Of a DNA stretch of 20,000 bases, positions 10,485-20,000 are shown piece after piece. The notes under the pieces are model-generated. The model searched no databases, was not told where the DNA came from, and saw only the letters and a program-made list of their open reading frames with translations. Position 1 is the first letter of the stretch. Each line of letters begins with the position of its first letter. The translations under genes were made by a program, and so were the position numbers. Source of the DNA: Vicugna vicugna (lineage: Eukaryota); NCBI GenBank assembly GCA_013265495.1, contig MU058453.1, positions 119,612-139,611 on the forward strand, written 5' to 3'.

Positions 10485-11075
10485 GTTTTGTTTTGTTTAA
10501 CATTTTTTATTGACTTATAATCATTTTACAATGTTGTGTCAAATTCCAGTGTTCAGCACAATTTTTCAGTCATTCATGGACACATACACACTCATTGTCA
10601 CATTCTTTTCTCTGTGATTTATCATAAGATTTTGTGTATATTTCCCTGTGCTATGCAGTGTAATCTTGTTTATCTGTTCTACAATTTTGAAATCCCAGTC
10701 TATCCCTTCCCACCCTCTACCCCCCTGGTAACCACAAGTCTGTATCCTCTGTCCATGAGTCTATTTCTGTCCTGGATTTATGCTTTGTTTTTATTTGTTT
10801 GTTTGTTTTTGTTTTTGTTTTTTAGATTCCACATATGAGCGATCTCATATGGTATTTCTTTTTCTCTTTTTGGCTTACTTCACTTAGAATGACATTCTCT
10901 AGGAGCATCCATGTTGCTGCAAATGGCGTTATGTTGTCGGTTTTCATGGCTGAGTAGTATTCCATTGTATAAATATACCACATCTTCTTTATCCAGTCAC
11001 CTGTTGATGGACATTTAGGCTGTTTCCGTGTTTTGGCTATTGTAAATAGTGCTGCTATGAACATTGGGGTGCAGG
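10485..11075 (-). mobile_element. Young 5'-truncated LINE-1 (ORF2 C-terminus plus 3' UTR) with 15-bp target-site duplication
   Basis: ORF 10822-11082(-) gives CTPMFIAALFTIAKTRKQPKCPSTGDWIKKMWYIYTMEYYSA, the L1 ORF2 C-terminus. TSD atttcatgttgtttt lies at 10470-10484 and 11076-11090. There is a (CAAAA)n-type tail. Confidence 0.95.
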
Positions 11076-11789
11076 ATTTCATGTTGTTTTTAACTGTGTG
11101 AGGCGGGAATTCTTCCAGCTAAACTGTTGTTTAGCTAGATTCCCAATTCTGGGAACCCAAGAATTGGGGGAGTGAAGTCACGTCCCCGCTGTCACTAGGG
11201 AGGGGAATGTGCCTACCGCCCTGTCTGCGCTGGTGGCCCCCGCTTTTGGGCCCACGGAGGCCCCAGGAGCCAGGAGCCTGTGCACCCCAGCTGGGCCCTG
11301 AGGGCTCTGTGCCGGCCACAGGGATGCGAGCCTGGTGCCGGCCCCTTCCTGCCAGTCCCCGACCCTCGAGGTTGTCCGAGGTTCCTGCCGGTGCCGGGAG
11401 CCCTGCGGGGAGCCGGGCCTGCCACTGTGTGTCCACAACTGGAGCTCGATGTCTGCAGGTGTGCCTGGAGCCTGGGGTGACCGTGGAGCTCACACCCTGG
11501 GACCAGGTCTGTGTAGGCCCTGTCCAGCCCACCCATCATCCGTGGGGACCACTGTCCTCACCTGTTTGTCTAGGGCCGCTTAGTTCCCTCGGAGTCCCCT
11601 GCTCTGTGGGATCATGTTCTTCTCACAGGGCGACCAGAGTCACCACAGGAGGAGCCAGAGGACCTGGCTTGCAGGCCGAGCCAGGGAGGCCAGGGCCTGG
11701 GTGATCAGGGTGGGCTGTGCAGGTGGAGGAGGGACCCCTCCATGGGCTCCCCTTTGACCAAGAGTGATGCCCGCATGTCTCTCCTGCAG

Positions 11790-12133
11790 GTGACTGAGGA
11801 AGTTCACCGGCTGCTGCGGCGGGGCACGTACCACTTTGTGTGCCGTGGGAAAGTCGGCGTCCAGGGCAAGGGCGAGGTGCTGACGTACTTCCTGGAAGGC
11901 AGGACCGACGGAAGTGGCTCCCAAACCAGGTCTGTGAACTGAGAGTGGAAAATGTAAGGACATGTGGGAGAGCCAGCCTGCAGACCAGACTGGTCATGGG
12001 CCACCCCCCGGTACCCCCTGCTGCAGCCAGCCTCTCAGTCGGAGCCGGGGTGGGGGCTCTGCGCGGCTCGGGGTTCACCCCCTGGCCCCCGGGTCAGCAC
12101 TTGCCCCCTGGAGCAGCAGGGAAGGAGGCTTAG
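11790..12133 (+). pseudogene. ADCY1: ADCY1 terminal exon 20-like coding part, with premature stop
   Basis: ctcctgcag / VTEEVHRLLRRGTYHFVCRGKVGVQGKGEVLTYFLEGRTDGSGSQTRSVN*, with TGA at 11940-11942. The ancestral tail GRASLQTRL...QHLPPGAAGKEA* continues in another frame to TAG at 12131-12133. Confidence 0.95.
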
Positions 12134-12850
12134 TGGAGCCCACACGGGCCGCTGGGGGCACAGGGGTGAATGCTCGGGGCTTCAGGGGCCTCGGGCTCCT
12201 GCAGGGACCAGCCCTGGCAGCAGAGCAGGGCCAGGGTCCAGGGCAAGGCTGGGGCAGGGGCACCGTCCACGCACGGCTTATGAGTGTGTTGCTTAGCGCT
12301 TCATAGTCTAAAGGGACATCCGAGTCTCTTGGTGTCGTGAAACGTCCCTTTCATCGAGACGATTATTACCGAGTAGAGCCTCCTTCAGAGGTGGGACTGT
12401 CAGACCCGGGAGATCCTCAGACACCCTCGCTGTTCGCTCTCTTCTTGTCAACCTGTAAACAAGAAACGTCCTCGTCTCCCGGTTAAATACATTAATCCCG
12501 GATAGGTAGCTTCCTCTAGGCACTGTGTGGGTCCTCCCCTTCCACGTGGAGACAGACTGCTTTCTGGATCTCTTCTCCCTTCTTTCACGGTTACTCCGCC
12601 ATCCAGTCTGTGTCCTGTTCCCATCATTTCACTAAATCGGTCCCTGTCAAGTTTGCTGATCGCCTTCCTTTGAACTTTTTCTCAGAATACACTACATAGA
12701 ATCCAACACTCAACAATCTCTGTCCCATTTCCTGAGGATTCCATCCCTTGCATGTTTTTCTCCAGATGACGCACCATCATCTAACACACATGAGGACTTT
12801 GCTTTTTTTGTTTTTTTTTTTTTTTTGGAAATTACCTGATGACCCCAGTC

Positions 12851-12964
12851 GACTAGAGCTGCTTGGGGCAGGGATTTTATCAGTTTGTTCACTTCTGGAT
12901 CCTGAGCCCTTAGAACTGTGCCCAGCACAAGGTAGGGACGCCACAAATATTGGTTGAATTAATG
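12851..12964 (+). mobile_element. LINE-2 3' end
   Basis: gagctgcttggggcagggattttatcagtttgttcact...cttagaactgtgcccagcacaaggtaggg...aaatattggttgaattaatg is the typical L2 terminus. Confidence 0.8.
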
Positions 12965-12989
12965 GGACATCACATTGTCCCGGAACTCC

Positions 12990-13125
12990 GAGAACCTTTT
13001 TTCTGGCCACTTCTCTCACCTCCTTCATGTCCCATCCCACCTCTGCCGACCCCTCAAATGTTAGTGTTCTCAAGGCTCCGGCACCCATCCTCTGCTCTTC
13101 TCATTCTATTCATTTTACACGGCAC
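12990..13125 (+). mobile_element. Probable LINE-2 internal fragment (similar remnant near 12620-12670)
   Basis: tctggccacttctctcacctcctt...cctctgccgacccctcaaatgttagtgttctcaaggctc...ctcttctcattcta resembles pyrimidine-rich L2 ORF2 sequence. Confidence 0.55.
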
Positions 13126-14369
13126 GTGGGCATCACTAACACGGAAGTAGTTCGGTCGTCTAACAAATCCTGCCCACTTAGCTGGGCGTTCGGGCCTCAG
13201 TATGGATTCTGCAACTAGGTTTCAAGACTCAGTCCTCACGCCTCTGCCACTGGAACCGTGTTTCAGGCCTGCACCAGGGTGATAGCCCAGCGCTCTCCTT
13301 CCTCTGAGGGCAGCTTCCTCACCGAATTGTCCTCCTCTTAGGATGACACAGATAAGGAAGCAGAGGTGCTATGCGAAGGTGACCAGGAATATAGACTTGT
13401 CACCTCCTCCCTCTCACAAATTCTGCTTCTGAATGCATGTTTTATCTTTCTTCTTGCCCGTCAGATAAAACTATACAGGTTGACAGAGGTTACCTTCATT
13501 CTCTCTTGCTATGGCGTTTAGTTTCTAAAGGTATGTGGTGAATTAGGGACATAACGTGTTTCTTGAGAAAATTCTTAATGTATAATTAAGACTGGATCAC
13601 CTGTCCTTGCCAAAACAGAAGCGACTCCTCTCCCTGCTGGGCTGTTACTTACTTACAGGTCGAATCCCTGTGGCCCCTGGGCCACCTGCACCATCTGCCG
13701 TCACCGTAGGCTGTCTGCTTCTCCTCCCTTGCAGGCTTCCGTCCGGGCTGTTCAGTGAGATCTGAACCCAGGACATCTAGATGTGTTATAGACCCATTGC
13801 TTCAGGCCCTGCACCCCTCTAGACACAGAAGGCCTGGGCGGTGAGGATCATGGGAAAGTCATCCTGGCTCTTCCCTCTTAATTTGCCGTGTTAATTCAAC
13901 TTTTACGACCTATTCCTGCAAAATGTGAACCCACATTGTGGATAATGAAGTTAAATGCTCTTACTTTAAACATGTTTCTGTGATCAGTAGAAATACATGT
14001 GTATTTCAGGGCAAGATTTTCATCTTCTCTTTAACACCTTGGAGAATAACACAATTTAGTAAATGTTTTATTTAAGAGGTGAATCCAGGGCTTTGTATTA
14101 AGTCGTATAGACACTACTGTGAGGAAGGTGATGGACCAGAGGCTAGTTGAGGGGAAAACAGTACAAAGCATGATCAGTATAGGATGCCATGGCTGCAGCC
14201 CGGTTGTACACATAGCGAAAGTTTCATGATGAGACAAAACCTAAACTGTAACCCATGAGGTCGATGGGAGATTATTGGTATTAAAATGTGTGGAGTTACG
14301 AGGTTGGATAGAAGAGCCTTGAAATTAGGATTCCAGTGAAGGGATATACTTAAATTGTATTCGTTCACA

Positions 14370-15861
14370 GAACTAACAAAGCATAATAAAATGTATAGGG
14401 AATCACAAAAGACACAGAATTGTCAAAGCATCCCTGAAGAAAAAGAATGGAGCTGGAGGAATAACCTTCCCAGACTTGAGACAGTTCTACAGAGTTACAG
14501 TAAGCAAAACGGCATGGTATTGGTACAGAAACAGACGTATGGATCAGTGGAATAGAATGGAGAACCCAGAAATGAACCCGCAATGTTTTCGTCAATTTAT
14601 CTTTCGAGAAAGGAGGGAAGAACGTACAAGGGAATAGAGACAGTCTCTTCAGCAAATTGTGTTGGGAAGACTGGACAGCTGCATGTAAATCAGTGAAGCT
14701 AGAATACTTCCTCACACCATACACAAAAATCAACTCAAAATGGATTAAAGGCTTAAACATAGGACAAGAGACAACAAGGCTCCTAGAAGAAAATACAAGC
14801 AAAACTTTGTCTCACATACATCTCGGCAGTGTCCTCCTAGTGCGGTCTACTCAAGCAATAGAAAAAGCAAGAATCCACAAATTGGGACCTAGTTAAACTT
14901 ACAAGCTTTCGCATAAAATGACAACCTACAGAATGGGAGAAACCATTTGTAAAAGATGAAACCGACAAAGGCTTGATCTCTAGAATATGTAAGCAGCTCC
15001 TACAACTTAATAGGAGAAAAAGAAACAACCCAATCCAAAAATGGGCAGAAGACCTAAACAAGCAATTCTCTAACGAAGACGTGTGAATGATCGATACGCA
15101 CATGAAAAAATGCTCTGTATCAGTAATTATCAGAGAAATACAAGTCAAAACTACAATGAGGTATCTCCTCACACCAGTCAGAGTGGCCATCATTCAAGAG
15201 TCCACACAAATGATAAATGCTGGAGAGGCTGTGGAGAAAAGGGAACCCTCCTATAATGTTACACTGCTGGTGGGAATGCAGTTTGGTTCAGACATGGTGG
15301 AAAACAGTATGGAGATTCCTCAAAAGACTAGGAATAGACTTACCATATGACCCAGCAATCCCACTCCTGGGTTCTATCCAGAAGGAACCTTAATGCAAAA
15401 AGACACCCGCACCCCAGTGTTCACAGCAGCACTACTTACAAGACATGGAAACAACCTAATTGTCCATCGATAAGTGGATAAAGAAGACGTGATGTATTTA
15501 TATGGTGGAATACTACTCAGCCATGAAAATGACATCATCATACCATTTGCAGCAACATGGATGTCCCTGGAGAAGGTCATTCTAAGTGAAGTAAGCCAGA
15601 ATCAGAAAGAAAAACACCATGTAGTATTATCACTCATATGTGGAACCTAAAAAAAAAAAAAAAAAAAAGACAAGTGAACTTAAATGTAAAAGAGAAAAAG
15701 AGTCACAGACAGAGAATACAAACTTGTGGTTGCCAGGGGGGAGTGGGCTGGGAACGGACAGACTGGGAGTTGGAGACTTGCAGATAACGACAGGCATTTA
15801 TAGAACAGATAAACAAGTTTCTTCCGTAATATAGCACAGGGAACTGTATTCAAGATCTTGT
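14370..15861 (+). mobile_element. LINE-1 fragment (ORF2 3' third plus part of 3' UTR), truncated at both ends
   Basis: Broken ORF2 peptides ([65 protein letters not shown]) and an internal A-run at ~15649-15668. The 3' UTR stops abruptly at gggaactgtattcaagatcttgt with no terminal poly(A). Confidence 0.93.
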
Positions 15862-16283
15862 GAGTTTCCAGAAAAACACACGGAAGCCCCAGACAGCCCC
15901 AGACACTCTGGACACTCAGTGGCCATATGCAGGGCTCATAGGGATCCAAGTTTTTCTGGAAAAACCCTTTCCAGGTGAGGCCCAGGAAGAGGGCGGTACC
16001 CGGCAGCCAAGTCCGTGCAAGCGTCACGCTTCCTGCACGAGGAGAGCAGCTCTCGGGCGCTCCCAGGGCTAGAGAGACCCTGGGGCGGCGGGGAAGTGAG
16101 GGCGGACGCGGGAAGGGCTCCTCTGCTAGAAGAGGACCAGCACGGGCAGCTCCCCAGAGAGCACTGCTGCTTCCCGGGGGCTGGGACCCAGGTGGGGCAG
16201 GGGAGGGAGGGAGGGGCCCCGGGCATCCGCTGGGCACACCTCACCTGGCCCAGCCTGCAGGGACTGTGTGTCGTCCGTCCTAG

Positions 16284-16367
16284 GGGTGAGGCCGTCCTGC
16301 TCCTGCTGGGGTTCTGCGTCTGCTTCCTGGTGTCCTGTGCCCTGTGCCTGCTCATCACCTGGCCCGG
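16284..16367 (+). pseudogene. ADCY1: ADCY1 exon 11-like segment, out of order (second copy or rearranged piece)
   Basis: gtcctag / GEAVLLLLGFCVCFLVSCALCLLITW.. / gtacct, versus recalled SVVVLLLLVFCICFLVACVLYLHITRVQ. It is 84 nt, with an apparent 1-nt loss near the end. Confidence 0.82.
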
Positions 16368-19300
16368 GTACCTGTGTGCGTGTCTTGCGCCTGCCTGTCA
16401 CCTGAACAGGTAAGTGCTCGGCCTCTGCCTGCCCTCCTGGCAGGCCAGGTGGAGGCAGTTTGTCCCTCACCTTCCTGGCAGGTGAAAAAAGAGTCGTCCA
16501 CGGGGTACAAGCCCATTAGGCCCCATCCTGTGCGGGGTGCCGTTTGGAGTTCTGGGAGCGGGCCCCGTAGACACAGGGGTGGGTGTGGATGGAGACTCAG
16601 TAAATGAGCACGAGGGGTGACACTGTTCTCTCCGAAACGAGGGTGTGGCCTGTCGTGGGACCGTGCCGTAGACGGGGGCCTCCACGCTCTCGAGGACTCT
16701 TCGTTGGCGTAGGAGCCAGGGTAGAGCCCGTGGCCCTGTTCTGCCCGGGGCTCCTGGGAGAGGGCCCTGTCCCCGTCCCGCACACCTGCCGCACGTCCTG
16801 AGCCTTCCTGTTCAAACGTCCCATTTCCCCTCTGGATCCTCAGTTGTCACGTCTGACAGACCAAGGGTGATCTGTGTACGACGGTCGAAAGCAGCTGCTT
16901 CTCGAGAAGATTGAACCGAGGTTTATTTATTTAAAGTCTTTCTTATTCTCAGGTACCCTCTTGATTTAAGTCGAGAAGAAAACGCCACTGGAATAAACAG
17001 CCGCAGTCCAGCTCTCTGACTTCACAGACGGGGCGGCATCGGGCCCGGTCAGCTGCAGTTTCCCGCTTCAGGTAAGACGGCTTTACGCGCCTACTTCCAA
17101 GCGAAGGCGTCGCACGTAGACGCTGGCTTCTAAGTCCTGTCACGCTCGTCCCCGGTGCTGGGAACCCGTGTGCCCGGTGGACAAACGGCTCTCCTGGTGG
17201 AGGGGGCCCGGGCTGGCCCCTTTCTTTCCCAACGTCCACTGCCCCCCTCCTCGCCCTCCCTCGTCGCCCGAGCACTTTTCTCAGGGTGGGATTCTCGGCA
17301 CTGCAGCGGGTCCCCCCTCCGGGCTGCCGGGCAGGAGGCAGCTCGGGCTGGGCGCACGGTCCCGAGGGCAGGCGGCTGCGGTTCCCCCGGCCAGCCAGCG
17401 CGTGCCTGTTCAGGGGCCGACCCACGTGCTCACACACTGCCCTCCCCAGGCCCTGGCCGTGACAGCAGGGCCCTGAGGTCGCCCCGGGGCTTGCGCAGAG
17501 GACTGTGGGGCCAGGCGACAGGAGGGGGCGTGGTCAGCAGGATCCGACTGGGGAGGATGGGGGCCGGCAGGTGGGACAGATCTGTCCAGCAGAGGCCCAG
17601 TGTGTACCGAGGGAGGCAGCTGCCAGTGGGCGCGGCCGCGCACGCGGCTGGGTTGGGGTCCATCGCAGTCGTGCATCCCTGAGGAAGCCTAGGCGTCAAC
17701 AGAGGGCTTTCCTCCGTGACGTAGAAGTGGCCACAGCCAGGGCATCAGGGTTGGTGTGGCAGCTCTGGGACCACCTGGGGCCTTCACCGGCCCAACTGGC
17801 TCCATCATCACTAGAGGCTGCCAGCTCCAGGGCCTTCGTGTCTCCGTCCACGAAAGGATGGGTATTGGAGCTGATATTCATCGTGTACTAGGAGCAGGGC
17901 CTGGGCCACCACAGGCTCAACTGAACATTGTTGGAACAAGAGGGGAAGCTGGTGAAACCGAGGGGCGGGATCCCTGTCAGTCCTGGAGGCCAGGATGCCG
18001 TGACCAGAGGAGGCGCTCTACGGGGCTGGAGAGTCCGTGGTGACGGCTGGAAAGGGGCAGAGCTCACCGGCCAGACGTGTTCCTGCAGTGGTGCTGGCCT
18101 TGGGTGGGCACGTGGAGGGGCCGAGGCTGAGCAGGCGGGGGGGGCAGGGGTAAGAGGAACAGTGAGGAGGGAGCCAGAGGGGTGCACACTGGACCAGTCC
18201 CTGGGCACCTGCGGGTTCAGATGCGCTTTGCTGTCTGGGGGGGGGGGGGGTCCAGGCCTCCCTGGTCCCTGGGTAACGTGAGCATGACGTGACTGGGAAG
18301 GAGGCTGGGTGTGCCTCGTACAGCGCCCCTGTCACCTTTCCCACGCGGGCCTGGCGCTGATGGTCGTATTTCAGCCTCATTTTTCCATCCACCATCCCAG
18401 TAACCCCTTCGTGGTCTTCTGAGCCGAGGCAGAGGGGATCGCTCAGGAGGGTGAGAGTCCTAACGTGGGCTTCCTCGCCTCCCTGTGTTACCAAGTCCCA
18501 AGCTCATTCTGCTCGCCACGTGGCAGGCCAGGAAACCGGGGGATGAAGTGTTAGGGCAAAGAAGAGTGACTTTGTCCGGAGAGCCGGCTGACTGAGAAAG
18601 ATGGCAGAATAGTGTCCTGCAGAACCATCTTCTCCAAGTCAGAATACGGGCGCCTTTTACCCCAAACGGGGGAGGGGGCGTGGTTGGTTGCTGCAAAGTT
18701 CTTGGTGCAGGAATTTGCTGTTCTTGCAGCTGTCCGCATGGGTGAGGTCATGGTGCCCCTATAAAGCCTCTAAGAAAGCAGATGTCATGTTCTGTTCTGC
18801 AAGGTGTTGCCTTTACATGAATGGGAAAGTGTTAATATCCTTAAAGGTCAGAGCCTTGAGAGTAGGCTCTGCTGTATATTTCAGGCTAAAGGCAACATTG
18901 TGCTTCAAACGGTGCAGAAACAGCAAGACTAGGCCTAGGAAACAACACAGGGTTAAAGCGAAAGGATCAGGTCTAGTTTGCAGTCAGATTTGCTCTTTCC
19001 TATTACACCTGCTGCCCTCGCAGGGCTGGCTTCAGGGAGGAAGAGCGCCCCCAGCCCCAGCCCCCCCAGCCCCCAAGAGCCGCCTGCAGCGGGTGAGGAA
19101 GGCAGGGAGGGGGTTTGCAGCGCTGGTGAGGTCAACTAGACATGGCTGATGGATGGACACTGACTGCAAAGTTAGAAAACCTCTAGGTTTTTCCTCTTTG
19201 GGGAGAGAGAGAGGGAGCCTTGGCAGAGGGCAGTGACCCTAAAGACAAACCCAAGAGCTCCTGGCAGCCCCTGCAAGTCCCCGGTCCTGGTCCTCGTGTT

Positions 19301-19467
19301 ACATCATGTCCTACCTCAGCCCCAGTGGCTCCCACGGTGTATCTGTGTGGGACTGAGTTCATTTATTTAGCATAATCATGGCAGTATTTTTTAAACATGA
19401 AATTGCAGCTTACTAGGGTCTGTGTAATCTTTTTTGTTAATTTGTTTATTTTTTCCTTTATTTATTT

Positions 19468-19486
19468 GTGTGTGTGTGTGTGTGTG
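19468..19486. repeat. (TG)n microsatellite
   Basis: tgtgtgtgtgtgtgtgtgtg run seen directly. Confidence 0.9.
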
Positions 19487-20000
19487 CTGTTAACAAAGGG
19501 GATGGAATAGGAATGAATGAAAATGTCACTCTATTGACCGTCATCAGGGTTCCCTGGAAGCCTGTTTCAGTTGTGTGTGTCTGTGTGAGTGTGGCTTATA
19601 ACATGGTTCTTAATTTGTCGCCTGGTTGGAAGCCTTTGAGTGCCCCTCCCCGCCCCCTCCCCTCCCATGGGAGCAGCAGCGGGCAGTCAAGGGAGCCAGG
19701 CCATGCCTCCTCCTGGCCCCTAACTCACAGGGCAGGAGCCCTGAGAATAAGCCAGGAGCACAGCCGGCTGAGCGGAGGATGTGGTTGTGTAGCTGTCGCG
19801 TTCGCCTCGACTGAACTCCACAGCCACAGGGCTCGGGCACGTCGGGGAGGTTCGTCACTCAGCGGCCACCCTGCTTCCCACCGACCATTTGGAGCAGCTG
19901 CGGTTTTCCTGGTTCGTGTCCCGGTCACGGCACCCTCCACGGCTTCTTTCCCTGCAGAGCACAGGCTCTCACTCCAGATTTGCCCTGCGTCCCCCTGCCT

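Larger units (their letters stand above)
113..12133 (+). pseudogene. ADCY1: Unprocessed (intron-containing) ADCY1-like pseudogene, 3' half; probably continues upstream of the window
   Basis: Seven collinear exon-like blocks translate to recognisable ADCY1 peptide (M2 helices, C2a domain, tail ending ...PPGQHLPPGAAGKEA*). They show multiple frameshifts, stops and splice-site lesions, and two exons are missing. Confidence 0.93.

Noticed and set aside
113..12133. Functional ADCY1 gene with sequencing errors
   Set aside because: There are too many independent lesions: substitution stops, 13- and 18-nt deletions, two missing exons, about 50% amino-acid divergence in exon 18 and an out-of-order exon 11.
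113..12133. Processed (retro)pseudogene
   Set aside because: Introns and splice signals are retained at exon boundaries.
13659..13760. EGF-like peptide SNPCGPWATCT after an acceptor-like site
   Set aside because: The remaining EGF cysteine spacing is not completed in frame and the frame closes soon after, so it cannot be supported without a search.
14355..15350. Protein-coding ORFs in the track at 14355-15350
   Set aside because: They are fragments of a disrupted L1 ORF2 or their antisense shadows, not host genes.
1..20000. Prokaryotic-type systems (operons, CRISPR, defence islands)
   Set aside because: The sequence is clearly mammalian, with spliceosomal introns and L1, L2 and SINE elements; no such structures were seen.

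Overview
Mammalian genomic DNA, most likely camelid, judged from a Vic-1-like tRNA-derived SINE and camelid-type L1 3' ends. The window holds an intron-containing, decayed copy of the 3' half of adenylate cyclase 1 (ADCY1) on the + strand. Exons matching ADCY1 exons 12, 13, 14, 15, 18, 19 and 20 are in order (human numbering and reference protein recalled from memory, not aligned). Exons 16-17 are not found. The transmembrane exons 12-14 carry frameshifts, a stop and damaged splice sites. An exon-11-like segment reappears downstream of the terminal exon, just after a 3'-truncated L1, which suggests a head-to-tail segmental duplication or array. Three points stand out: decay is strongly A/T-to-G/C biased and creates CpGs (gBGC-like); a compensating +1/-1 frameshift pair in exon 19 erases the catalytic WGNTVNVASR motif; and exons 15-18-19-20 still splice into one open frame. 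The rest is intronic or intergenic sequence with L1, L2, SINE and microsatellites. Most entries in the ORF track are spurious GC-rich ORFs.
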